Assembly: GCF_022539665.2 (NCBI RefSeq)
Contig: NC_081333.1
Location: forward strand, 12,834,001 to 12,898,000
From: Daphnia carinata
Lineage: Eukaryota
DNA: 64,000 nucleotides
Direction: 5' to 3'
The notes beneath the pieces were generated by a model. That model was not told the DNA's origin. It saw only the letters and a program-made list of their open reading frames with translations, and ran no database searches. Position 1 is the first letter of the stretch, and every line of letters starts with the position of its first letter. A program made the translations under genes and the position numbers. Shown one piece after another: positions 38,345 to 50,867 of the stretch.

Positions 38345-38409
38345 AATTTTCTAAATACTACTTTACGAATTCTAGCGGCTAGAATTCGTAAAGTAGTATT
38401 TAGAAAATT
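38345..38409. repeat. Perfect 65-bp palindrome (32-bp arms, 1-nt spacer) in the right subterminal region of the TIR element
   Basis: aattttctaaatactactttacgaattctagc g gctagaattcgtaaagtagtatttagaaaatt. Confidence 0.95.
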
Positions 38410-38464
38410 AAGTAGGAATCTGGCCGATAGATGGCCATAGCTGTAAAAAAGAAAAAAAAGGCCG

Positions 38465-38519
<55 letters not shown>

Positions 38520-38590
38520 GGGGGGGGGGGGGGGGGTAAAACGGATTGCCATATACTATAGCAAGAAGTGTTTGTTTGTCTCTTAATTTA

Positions 38591-39400
38591 ATGGCGAACA
38601 TAGTGAAAACCGAAAGTGGCATTGATCTTTTACAAAGATTTTCTGTCAGGCCGAAACTTGTTGGGTTGCAAGTAGAAGTCTTTGGAGAAAATGGACCACT
38701 GCCCGGAGACGTGATAGAGATCAACGAAAAAGATACAAATTTTAAAACTATCCTGTTGACCCAGTGGATTATAAAATGTATACTTCCTGCAGCTTGGAGA
38801 GGTGTGCAAATTGGCGGGCTTGAGGTGGGAGTGGTGTTTCTGTCTACTGATCATCATTTTTCGTCATTAAACTTGGTCACTTTGCTTGAGAGAAGGTTGA
38901 AAAGAACTCTTCGGCAATGTCAGCAACTTCCACCTGGCTCAGGGCTTACTATGATGAAAGAAATTACCAAAGATTCTCTAAAGAGACTTTCCTTATATGA
39001 AAGCTTTTGTAAAACAGAGCTCCTTTTTAACTTCTGTTCTACCAAAACCTACATTCTGTCTCATTCTCAGTCTTCAGTGGTGATAGTTGATAGCCTTTCT
39101 GCATATTATTGGGAAGACCGATTGTCATCGTCAACCATGCAGAGCCTAGACAAATATTGCCAATCTCTTCTGCAGTCTCTTATTGAAAAGTTGAAACAAA
39201 CCAATATTACCATCATATACACTGTACAGCAATTCCTCAGAGAACTTCATGAAAGAGAAAGTAGTGATGCTCAATTGTTTATTTATTCCCTTTCTATAGA
39301 AAATCCACTGCAAACTGTAATTCACGTAGAAGATAGAAGGACTGGTAGTAAATTTTCAAAGAAAATTGAGTCTCTCAAAGGAGACTTGTTGTTAAAATAA
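38591..39400 (+). CDS. XRCC2: DNA repair protein XRCC2 (RAD51 paralogue), intronless
   Basis: ESGIDLLQRF, PLPGDVIEI, KCILP..GGLEVGVVFLSTDHHF, VVIVDSLSAYYWEDR are characteristic XRCC2 segments. Confidence 0.9.
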   Translation: MANIVKTESGIDLLQRFSVRPKLVGLQVEVFGENGPLPGDVIEINEKDTNFKTILLTQWIIKCILPAAWRGVQIGGLEVGVVFLSTDHHFSSLNLVTLLERRLKRTLRQCQQLPPGSGLTMMKEITKDSLKRLSLYESFCKTELLFNFCSTKTYILSHSQSSVVIVDSLSAYYWEDRLSSSTMQSLDKYCQSLLQSLIEKLKQTNITIIYTVQQFLRELHERESSDAQLFIYSLSIENPLQTVIHVEDRRTGSKFSKKIESLKGDLLLK

Positions 39401-39675
39401 AACTTTGAACAACAGAAAAGATTATAATATTTATTCATACCGGATGCAATTCGCACAACGAAACGACAAAGTGAAGTATCGAATCAGCAATAGTTTCATC
39501 TTGGCTGATTTTCTGAATATCTGTATCGATTTTAATGACCATAGAATAAGATCAACCATTATCATGTACAAGAATCACATTAAAACATGAGGCACATTCT
39601 TCCCGTTATTGAAGGCTTTTCGAAATGTAGCAGTAATAAAAAGGAAAAAAGGAAAATGTATTATAATAATAATAC

Positions 39676-42600
39676 TTAATGGCTGCCATGATTAGCCTGT
39701 TCCAGAAGGCCCCGAGCCTAATAATAAATTGAATAAAATTAAGTTTTTACAGTTGTCGGCCTAAATTTGTCAAGCACCGTACCTGGCACAGAATGTTATG
39801 TGTTTTTCCCAATTCCTTGTTGAGAGCTCGATCAACCTTTTCCTTGCGCACATTGGCAGCTTGGAGTTTCTCGAGTGTAGCGGCCAACGTATGCTTAGCT
39901 TTGATATACTTGTTTTCCCATCTGGTACAGCTGGCGCAACCAGAAGAATTCAAGACGTCTGGCGAAACACCATCCTTGTGAATTGTTGATTCGGTTTGCT
40001 TGGGACTCACTAGAATAAGTTTGTTAGAGGTTATGTCACTGGAAATAAGGAAAGCAACAAGTACCTTTATTAGTAGTCCAATCGCTAAAGCCGCGAGCAT
40101 CCTTATGCTCCACAGCTGAATGTTCAAGGCTGGAGAACCGGCCAGGGTCGGAATCGATTCCTAGGTCTGGTGACAGATGAAGTGCTGAAGGTCTCGAAGT
40201 ATTCGTGTTCGTGTTTTGCTCATTTCTCCCGGCCTGTTAAAGTAATCGTCATTTAAATATAGAAAACAATGAATTAATAAATTATTTTAACCTGCATGAC
40301 AGGATAAAGATCTTCAGGGAACGGTGGATCTGATACATAATCCGACATTTGACTTGCCTGTCGCTGAATGCCTTGACTATTATTCCGATAACTTGTTGAC
40401 GGTGGTGCAGCATGTGTTGGAGAGTTTCGCGACACGTTTGCATTAGCTGTTTGTTCCCTGAGATTCTCCAACTCATTTTGTAGTCGATTACGTTCTTCTC
40501 TGACTGTTTCCAAATCTTCCTTCAATACACGAACTTGTTGTTCAAGTAAGGACATTGATTGTATCAAAAGTTCTTGCTGGGATTTCAGTTCATTCTCCAC
40601 CTGACGCATCGTCTTCTGACCATCGTTATAAGACGTCTCCCACAGCTGAGCTTTCATGAATGCAGTGCGAAGCTCCGTTTCACGTGCATCTAGCGTACCG
40701 CGAAGCTCCGCGATTTGACGTTCCTTGGTGGCATTTGTTGACATCCATTGCGATTGAGCTTCGATCCAGCGGGCTTCAAGCAATTCCACTTCCTTATTCT
40801 TCTCGACTAGCCTCTCTTGTGTCTCCTTGAGAAGCAACTGATTTTCGCATGCCTGGAAATATTTTTCTTTGATTTTGAATTCGAGTTGCGTCGTCACATC
40901 TTTCGCCTCCCGCAACCTCAAGTCTCTTCGCTTGATGACGTCCTTCATTTTAAGTAAACGATTTTTCAGCGCATTGATGATGTACTGGGCGGTAGGTATG
41001 TCACCAGCGCCAGAAAGATCGTCTATCGAATTTCGCCTTTCACTGCCATTTAACGAATCTTCTTTCACTTGTGACTCTTCTAGCAGGAGCGATTCTTCTT
41101 TTGAAAACTGGACGTCGTAAGTGGAACGTAAACAAGAAACTAACTCTTTTAATTGCGAACGAAGTCGACTGTTTTCTTGTTCGAGTAACCGCAATCGATT
41201 GCCAGAACGTTTAACTTCACATGGATCAGACTTTGAACGTCGTGCTAGAGAAAATAAGATCTCATTAACCGAATGATTTCAACCGATACTTAAGTTTGTA
41301 TCTTACCTGCTCGTTTGGACGAGTCACTACTGTCGGCTGCTGTCGGCAGACCGGCGTTGGAATGTGCAACGGGTTTCTTGTTGGTTAATAGAGCCGCGAT
41401 CGAGTTCATCTCAACGTGATGTTGAAACGGTAAACCAATGCGAGCGAATGAAACTGTACGATCTGGCTCCGACCAGGCTTCAGATTCCGAAGCTGCAACT
41501 TCATGAGGTTTGGGTTGCAATTGCGCCTTTCGAGGGCTAGTGCTTTCTTTCGCAGAGTAATTAATGGAATCGGTGGGTTCCAGGGGAAAGAGTTCGCTGG
41601 AAAAAACAGCTGGCTGAGGTTTTTTTCCTCTTGTCAATGCCACTGGAGAGAGACTCGTAGTTTGTCCGGCAGGAGGGCGATGATAAGGTGTGCTACTGAT
41701 GAGCATGTTTTTGTTTTGGCATTCGGGTGCCAATGAAAGCCGATCTGTCTGCATGGATTTATTGTTAACTGTCGGGTTGGCCATTTTCATCTTGGCTATT
41801 TCTTCATCGCGTAGTTTGATCTGGTGTTCTAAATCGATGACTGCTGTACGCAGTTGATCCAACATTATTTCATGATGCGAATCTTTAGTTTCCGAAAGTG
41901 CTGCCAGCTGGACTTGGCAACCGATTTCTTCTGTCGCAGGCGGACTATCAACAGATTTTTCTCGGCTTGAATTCACGGGATGCTCGTTGCTTTTGGCGCT
42001 CGAGTTGCTACATATCGAAACGGAGCTACCTGAGTGTTGTAGCTGCTCTTCGGGATCGATGCCAATCATTAGCGATTGGGAAAGAGTTCGAGACAATTCC
42101 CGGCTTTGTAAAATGGAATGCTGGAGCGCTTGTCTCCGTTTACTGGCAGCCGACCAATTGCTGAGATTAAGAAGTTCTTGCTGGCTCATCGACAAAATTT
42201 CCTCCAAAAAGTCGGCCATCTCCTCCAGCCGCGTCCGTAACAAATCGCAAGCATTCGTAGAATCAGCCAACCGCTGTCGTAAAACCGTCAACTCTTTCTT
42301 GTAGGAACGCGCTTGATGGTCACCTGCCCCAGGCTGTAAACTTTCATTACAATTGGTTTCTGCTTTCTTCTTCCAGCTACGAACCTCTGCCTTTAATCGT
42401 TGCAGCTCTACATCCAAATGCTTGGCTTTTTCTTGCGACTCTTCATATCGTTTTTTCCATGTAGCCGTTTCACTCACATCACCATTTTGATAGGCCACTA
42501 ATTGATTTTTCAGACTTTGAATGGTTTCCGTCAACTCCTTGCGCTCACGTACGTAAGCTGCCAATTGAGTGGCCAAAGCGTTTGGTTGTTTTTGTTCCAT

Positions 42601-44251
42601 CGAATCTAAGGAATGCCTAGGATTGTTGTCTGAGCGATGAGGAATAGCTGACCTAGAATTCATTTCTTGTTGAAGATCCATCACCTGGCGTTTGAGGATT
42701 GAAATTTGCATTTCAGCTTCAGCAACAGCTTGTTCTTTCTGGTCTACAGCTTGCTTCAATGAAGCCAATTGGTCTGCATCATGCTGTAAAACAGCTCTTT
42801 GTTGTTCAGCAGCACTGAGAAGTTTCTTTTTCTCTTCCAATTCAGCCCATAAACGTTCGTTCTCCTCTTCGGCCATGGCTTTGATGTTGTCTTCCTTACT
42901 CGAAACCTCCGTTTCCCATTTAGTTTTATTGATCAGCTCTTGCGCTTCTTTCAGTTCGGCTGTCAAATCCTTCACACGTTTATCTTTCTTGCGGCCTTCA
43001 GCTTTCAAATGTTCCAATTCTTTCTCTTTCTTCTGGATATCGGTCACGAAACCTTGAAGTGAACGACCAGCTTTGGATAAGCTTTTTTCTAACTCTCCAA
43101 CTTTCTTCTTCTTGTCGTTGAGCGATCCTTCTAGTTCTGCAATCTGCTTCTGTTTTTCGTCTAATGTAATTTGGATTTCAACTAGGATTTTATTTTGTTG
43201 TTCAAGTTGCTGTTGCTTTTCTTCTATGATTTTATCCTTTTCAACAGCCGGCTGTCGGACATCACTGATTTTGCCCGCTTTAGTTTGGCTGTCCAGCTGG
43301 GAAGTTAAATTGGCAATTTTCAAATCTTTTTCCGCTCGGATGCTTTCCATATTGGCAACATTACTTTCGAGCGTTTGCACACGCTGCTGATATTCTTGCA
43401 ATTGTACCTGGAAAACAATAAAATCAAGTGATTTTCGATATGCAAATAGAACCACTAATACCTGTGAATGACTGGCTGCCTTGGTTAGTTTTGCCATTTC
43501 TTCTAATTGGACTGTAGCATCACTGACGAGCTGATCTATTTTTGCTTGTAACTGATCCATCTCCGTTTTAGTGTGATGATCGGGATGATTGCAGGTAAGT
43601 TGATTCGGGTTTAGTAAAAATGAGCCAAAGGCCTGGGCGTACAAGTCGGTGGATTCATCCGGAATAAGACTGGCACGATTGTTAACACGAATCTCTTCCG
43701 CATCAGCCAAGTCCTGTAAAATAAATTAGCAAAAAACTTGGAGATTGAATGTTGATCTAAAATACCTTTTGAAGTTTTTGTATTTGTTGTTGGAGTGATA
43801 GTATTTCGGCTTGGTGAGCAGCCAAAGATGAGCGCTGTTGATTTTCAAGTTCCTCGATAGCACCAGATGCTTGCGACAACAGTTGACACTTTTCTGCCAG
43901 TGATTTTTTCAGTGTTTCATTTTCCACTTTTAGCTCTATGTTGTTCTTGATAATGTCAGCAGCATCAGTCCTGCCCAAGGCTTTGCCGACTCTTTCTTCC
44001 AACAGAAAAACACGAAGCTTCAAGTTGAAATTTTCATGTTGTAGCTGCTGCAATTGCTCTTCATACTCTTTGACACACCGACCACGTAGCGGCGAGGACT
44101 TGCCCGAAGATCGATTTGCCTCTGCCCAACAAAAACGAAATTTCGATAAAAACATTTTGATAAATCACGCATTAAGATCTCAACTTACGGGGTGTCGATG
44201 GGGCACCTTGTGTCTGTTCCAAAGATACTTGCAGATGCGACGGATCGATGC
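39676..44251 (-). CDS. cnn: Centrosomin / CDK5RAP2-family centrosomal coiled-coil protein; first coding exon not resolved (upstream of 44251)
   Basis: CM1 motif VKEYEEQLQQLQHENFNLKLRVFLLEERV, long coiled coils, ESEAWSEPDRTVSFARIGL, SPDLGIDSDPGRFSSLE, and CM2 motif LQAANVRKEKVDRALNKELGKTHNILCQARGLLE. Confidence 0.88.
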
Positions 44252-46902
44252 TACAATAAAAACGAATGGGCAATGAATACAAAGATCAAAATAAACAAAA
44301 ACTAAAGGAAAAAGAAAAAAAGTAGGCAACGCAGTTGTTGTTTCGCTCTGGACAACTGATAAAGCTCAAACGTATACATAACCTGGCACGGATTCAAACG
44401 TCTTCCTTTTGCAATTTAAGGTCTACGTGAGAGAATACTGCCTGTATCGCGTGAGATCGCAAAGAAAGGAAGGCTATACTTAGAGTTCATTATCGCTCAA
44501 ACTATCTTTATTTGTTTTGGTTTTCGAAAGAGACAACCCGAGTTGTTTACGAAACCGGTTTGGCGCAGATACTTTCAAAACTATCCTGACACGAAATGAA
44601 AATCGCAAAAAAAAGAAAAAATAGGTTCAGCAACCTGCCAAAAACTGACTTCGGAGATCACGTTTATCGTTTGATGAGTGAGAAACGGCAGTGACATTCC
44701 CGCAAGTCGGATGACGAATTTCGACAGCCGAAAAAGAGTTGCAACATTCTCATGCCCTGGGCGTGCAGAGACAGATTCTACCAAACTGTAAAAATACCCA
44801 TGGATATAGTGGACTTGAAAAGAAAGGCCACATGTGCATAGGGTGCCAAAGAGAACCTTGCGAGAGTTTTAAATCGGGAAGGTTTGGGTGTCTTGTTCCA
44901 GAAATGTCACCTACTAGTCCCCCAGACCGTTTTTTTTTTTTCTTCTTCTTTTTTGTCGGCCTCACCCACTTCCGACAGGCTTGGCACTCTAAAACGTAAA
45001 AGAAAAAAAGGGGAAACAAGAAACAAAAGGCTGGAAGCAAAACATCTTAGAGCAAAAAAATTATATATAGGCCAAGTGTTGAGGTGGCCAGTATCGATTT
45101 GATGCTGAAAACGTGACGTCAAACGAAACTGCGCACAAATATCATAAACAATCAAACCGCAAAGCACTCCTTTTTTTCGTTCACAATCACCTAAAGGGCG
45201 GCGTGTTATGATGACTCAACAAGCGTCGATTCGGACTCTTCAGCGGACCGAGCCGGAATGAAGCCATCAGTTATTAATATGAAAATTGCTGTTTTCTTTT
45301 GCGTTTCACTATCACGTGGTTTTTACGAATTTCTCCATTACATACCAAAACTAACAACTGACACAATCAAAACGACACCCGCTTTGCACTGATTGGAACG
45401 AACACAATCTTGTAGTGGTCTACACACGGCGGTAGCAACAAATGTTTTCCGTTTCTTCGACGTCTTGTTTCTGCAGCAGATGTCTTTCATCTTGCACTCC
45501 CCACTATCGTCTCTCGTTTTACAACTTCCCACCGGCCACATCTGCGTCGACGCGCCGAGGAGGGAATGCGCGCGGATGTTTGGGAGGAGGGGCTATCGGA
45601 AGGCACGAAACAGAGAAACATCATAGGTACGTTATAGTGAAGGGGCCGGATGGATGAGCGCGTAGATCGACCGTGAGAGAACAGCCTCACTAAACAGTTG
45701 TACTTGAAGGCTTCTGGACACAGTTCAGTTAGTACTTGCTCTCTCCAAAATGTGCGATCTCGGCCAAATATGTAAACTGACAAGAGTCTCAAACATGAGT
45801 CAGCTGGTCTCTGTCCTAATCTTGTCACACATTATTGTCACCTATCTTGGGCTACTCCCTCCAACCCATAAATAAAAATACTGGTGTAATGAAGCATAAA
45901 AAAAATGTGCATTCTGGTGCTGGCACAGGGGGACAACTGTTCAGAGGATTTTGTAAACAAGATTCTAATCTGTAAAACAGTAAATGTTTTAACCAAGGTA
46001 TTAAGCAGCCGAAGATAAATGGAAAAACATGGGAAACTCACCTTACGCTTAAATTGTCCATTCTGGTGGCCCAACACTCCTGCAATAGATCATACAAAAA
46101 TAATTCAATAGACCAACTAGATTGTGTTTCGATGTGACAAAAGTAAGCAGGAAGCAGCCAACTGTTCAGCAAACATAATGAAGCCTGTAATACTTTTTGT
46201 AAATTTTGCATCACTATGCTTCCATTTAAAGCACAGTTATGTAGAAGTTCATTGACTGTATCATTAAAAGGACTACATAACAATTTATAATACTGGCCTA
46301 CTAAATTATGGACACTTAAAATATGAATGTATACCTGCACACAGTTGGAGAAATAATAACGGATAATTCAATAATTAACACCAAGTACTAAAAATTTAAA
46401 AGGAAAGATTGAAGAGTAGAAACACTATTTTAGACTACAAACAAAATTAGGATTTTTAAAGTTGTAGTTTCGACAAAAAACTAAGAACAAAGCGGTTAAA
46501 CTGGGCTGTCTCAACAGATGATTTCTCTAAGTCTTATTTCAAATTGAATGTACATCGTTGCCGCATTGGTAGAACTTGGCGTTAGATGGAATAGAAATAT
46601 GGAAATTGGAAATGCTTAATCTCTTAATAATGCTTACCACCAGAACACTTTATCTTTCATAGGAATTGATATCAAACTACTAGTTTGAGAAAAATTTTAA
46701 TTCCTTTTTGTTTAAAATTTTTTTACTCTTCAAGGAGCGTTTAAATTAATTCTTCAGCGTTCAGAAGTTAAAACTAGGACGCTTAAGAAGCCATCTACAG
46801 ACGTCTGCAATAAACGAAGTGAGTGGTAGGCTTGTTTTTAAAAATAGAAATAGTTGGTTTGGTCCTGTTCGTTTTCACCTAGCTCTACAAATTCATCATA
46901 AA

Positions 46903-48470
46903 ATGGACGAAGAAGTCACTACCTGTGAGTAGTATGGTTTTCTTTCAGCTCCATTAAAATCATTTAAAGTTAAACATGTTTAAAACCCACGCAGCATTCT
47001 GGATCTCATTTTTCGTCGAAGCTGGAATACCTCCTGCAGCTGCAGCAAATTATGCCATTATATTCACGGAAAACCGTATCCAAAAGCATATGCTTCTGGA
47101 TTTGACCAAGGAATATCTTAAAGACATGGGAGTTACTGTCCTAGGAGATATCATCGCAATTCTCAAGCATTCCAAACGTTACCATGAGAAAGTATTTGTT
47201 TACATACAAACACTATAGGTGAATGGGAGACTTATTAGTTTTGGATATATCCTTATCTTTAGGTTGCAAGAGAAAAGGTTCTTGCCATTGACAAAGAGAC
47301 TTCAGTTATCAAAGGTATTTACAGTCATGTTCTCCACCCCCCTCCCCTTCTATGGCTGCATTAAAAGGTGTACTTGTCTTCATTCATATAGCAACAAAAC
47401 ATTTGAATGAAATGCTGCTCAAAGATGATGCACCAAAAACAAATATTGATGTAAAAAAAACAGGTAATTTCCTGCTGATTCCTTAGCCATATTCTTTGCT
47501 CATGAAGCCTGTGTTTGTCGTTACAGCTTCAGAGGTTAAAGTACTTCCTAGGCCTTCACCTCCTAAAAAATTGAAGACTGCAAAAGCTGAGATTGAAAAG
47601 GGGGCAGAAGAGACTGAATGGATAGAAGATATGCCTGAGTTTGAGGAACTAAAAAGGAAAGTCATTCCTCCAAAATTGCAAACTAAAGTTGCTGCACCAG
47701 CTGTAAATGTAACTAAAACTGTAAAAAAGACTTCTGTTTTTGATCGACTTGGTGAGAGCAGTGTGACTAGCACCACCCCTGAAATTCAGGATCCTCCTTC
47801 CACTAGCAAGGTAAATAACCAAAATAGTCAAAGTTACTTACCTTTAATTGTCAAATCATGTACATGACTTAGTTTCAACAGAGTTCAGTTTTTCGACGAC
47901 TGGGTGATATCGAAGGGAAGAAAGAGTCACCATTGGCAGCTAAGACGGTTGCCAGTACATCGACATTACCGATCAAGACGGTTAGAACAGTCGCGGCGAA
48001 ATCTGTCGAGGTCCCAGGTAGTTGTCTCAGCCTTTCATTTCAGAAGAATCCTAATATAAGACAAGTTTTATTTTATTAGATTCAGGCAAGTCTTTTTTGA
48101 GAATGGACATCGAAAGTACAGCTACCAAACAGAGTGCAAGGGAACGACTTGGACTTGACCGGCCCAGCAATACAAAAATCACCATCGCTTCAAAAAATCT
48201 GTCGCCAAAAAATCCCATACGAACAATAATCTCTGCCAAGGTTTACAAAGCTTTTCAGGAGACAGTTTTCCTATGAAAAGTTCTATATATTTCCAATTGA
48301 AATAGGATGGGAGCCAGAAACGACTCGTCAAGCCCCCTCAAGAAGCCGCATCGTCAGTCCGACAAAAGCCAAGCGGAATAAAACAGCGTTTAGGATCTGT
48401 TGCAGTCGTCAACAGCAGCCCGTCAACGACATCAAGCGTCTTCAATCGGTTAGGCGTTAATAAGAAATAA
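46903..48470 (+). CDS. C19orf47-like protein (N-terminal SAM-like domain, VFxRLG repeats)
   Basis: [58 protein letters not shown]; repeated SVFDRLG/SVFRRLG/SVFNRLG; multi-exon, stop at 48470. Confidence 0.82.
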
Positions 48471-48689
48471 CATTTATTGTGATTTTACCTTTCTTCTTTT
48501 CATAAACAATTAAAATCATTGATAATACACTTACCATCTTTACACCTGAAAAAGCAGAAGATATGTCATGACCCAGGATTACAAAGATAATTTTGTTGCC
48601 AATTAAAGAAAATCAAAGTCTTTAAAAAGAGACCACGACGACAATCACTAACTAAAAACATCCCTTTGTACAATAATTGGAACCATAAC

Positions 48690-50678
48690 TTACAGTATAT
48701 CTTTGGGAAGTTTATCTACTACTGTTGAAAAACTCACGACTTTAGAACTTTGTTGTATGTCTTGTAAGCACTCCGGTAGTCGTTCATCACTCAGCACTTC
48801 TATGCTTGAGTCTAACTCACTTTCACTCCCGCTCTCGTCAAATGGTAGGCTACCCTCGAGCTCTTGGATGACTTCTGGCGACAAAGAAACGGTGGAAAAC
48901 TCTGCAGGATTTTTGACCGGATTCTGCACTCGTTCTTCGACAGCCAACTCACTTTCAGTCTCGCTGTTATTAAAAGGTAGGCTACCCCCGAGCTTGTGGA
49001 TGACTGCTGGCGGCAAAGAAACGGTGGAAGACTCTGCAGTATCTTCGACCGGATTCTGCACCCGTTCTTCGACAGCTTGAACTTGAGAGTGAGATTGTCT
49101 AGTTAAAATGGACCGTTCAATACGAAGATGTCGATCTACAGCGTCGCCAATCGCAGATGCATCCATTACGTCTTGGATAGCTCCTGACCGAGGAATGGAC
49201 ACCGGTTGCGATGGACGAATTTTAAACAATGGTAAATGGACTTCATATCGGAAGGTCATCACGAGAAGTAAAAACAATACAACGAGAACACACACGATCA
49301 CGGGAATTTTTTGGAACACTGTTGCCGAATCTAGAAGTGGACAAAAGACAGATTACATGAATTGTGAGATGGAATTTATGAATGCCAGTATGCGTACTAA
49401 GAACTCCGGTAAAAAAGCTTCCCATTTGGTTGCCGATATATCCTAAGGGATGAAGTATTCCGACTACAAGCATGTCCCAGAGAACTGTAAAAGGATTCAC
49501 TTCAAAACTTGGATCGGTCAGCAATACCCTGTGATATTCTTCACAGGGATCCGGATAACCCCAATATGCCTCGAACCTTAGTTTGAGGCTTTCCAGTGTA
49601 CCAATTTGTTCAGGATCACAAGAAGCAGGAATATCCTTGTTCTTCGACTTATCTGAGTATCGTTTTGATGAAGCCATCTATCGAGAAAGAATATTTATTC
49701 GATTAGAAAACTGAACTGCTATCTGAATTCAAATATGACACCTGATGCATGTAGTTCCAATTCCAGAACCAGCATATCATGAAAAATGGCAAAAACGATC
49801 GAGAAAGGATGTCAGAGTATGAATAGCCTTTGATAGTAAGCCAGAAAACAAACCAAAGGCTTGCAACAAACATCATCACCATGCAATCCTAAAGAAATAT
49901 TTTAATTGATAGCTGAATGAAAAGTAAATTTTTTAAAGTTGGTAATAGCCTACCTTGGGTTGAAGAAGGCGATTGTGGAATATCATTTCAACAAATGAAG
50001 GATTAGACTCACATTCTAACTCCTTGCTTGGAAGGAGAAGGTTGGTGAGAATTTCATCTAAATCAGCCAAATGTTTCAGTTGGATTTCTTCTCCTTCCTT
50101 TGTTATCTCATTGAGGACAAATTGGGTTCTTGCATTGACAACTGCTAACAGTGGTATATAAAGAACATCACCATCTTTAATATGTTTTTCCTAATAATTG
50201 TGTAACATCACAAAGATGAACTACATTGAAGGACTTAATTATCACCTACCTTTAACTGTAACACAGTGGTTAAAATTTTAACAAAACGACCAAGAAATGG
50301 TATGTCCAGAGCTGTGTTTTTTGGTTGGGATGAGCAGTTCACAGGCTTATCGTTTAGAAACGCTGGCATGGATTGAATCATTGACTTTTCAGAGAATTCC
50401 ACCTGGTTTGGAGCGCCTACTTCCTCAATAATATTCCTGCTTTCATCTGTTTGACCGTGTGTTGGGCTTTGAGGTATGTTTTCATCGCGGGATGTTTTTA
50501 ATAGCGCCTTTTCTTCCTGAATTTCTTTTCGATTATAATTTAACATGTCATGAGGATCAACATAATTAGATCGATCGATGGATGTAAAGTCTGGGGCGAG
50601 ATACAACTCCTCCTTTTCACTACACATTGTTAACAAAAATAAGGACGAAAATACAAGAACTAATCTTACAGCTTCCAT
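48690..50678 (-). CDS. CLCC1: Chloride channel CLIC-like protein 1 (MCLC family ER membrane protein)
   Basis: Signal peptide, YVDPHDMLNY, DPCEEYHRVLLTDPSFEVNP...ILHPLGYIG...FF, TM helices, acidic tail. Confidence 0.85.
48815..49078. repeat. 132-bp (44-aa) tandem duplication in the CLCC1 cytosolic tail
   Basis: AVEERVQNPVEDTAESSTVSLPPAVIHKLGGSLPFNNSETESEL followed by AVEERVQNPVKNPAEFSTVSLSPEVIQELEGSLPFDESGSESEL. Confidence 0.88.
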
Positions 50679-50867
50679 TTTTTTAGTTTAAAAAACTTTT
50701 TCTTTCCGTCTGCGAAGGCTTTGTACTTTGGCCAAGTCGTCATCTTGCGATAGATATGGTTACTAATTCTGTGGCCCGTTACATTGAGTTGTCTGCTGAA
50801 AAATATACTGAAAGGTTGTTCGGATTTCCCAAATATTTTCTTGGATAAAAATTTGGATCGTCAAACC

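Larger units (their letters stand above)
32237..38550. mobile_element. Non-autonomous 6.3-kb TIR DNA transposon carrying captured sequences; AT-flanked, possibly PIF/Harbinger-ISL2EU-like
   Basis: Perfect 15-bp TIRs GGCAATCCGTTTTAC (32237-32251) and GTAAAACGGATTGCC (38536-38550). They extend imperfectly for about 100 bp (A-run/T-run, cttttttctttttt/aaaaaagaaaaaaag, gccatctatc/gatagatggc). Both ends are flanked by AT. No transposase ORF. Confidence 0.75.

Noticed and set aside
38317..38724. ORF with poly-Pro/poly-Lys
   Set aside because: Produced by the T/G homopolymers at 38468-38536 (lengths may be sequencing artefacts) and antisense to XRCC2.
45338..46340. Short ORFs upstream of centrosomin
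   Set aside because: No recognisable domains; more likely 5'UTR or alternative first exons and promoter sequence of cnn, unresolved without transcripts.
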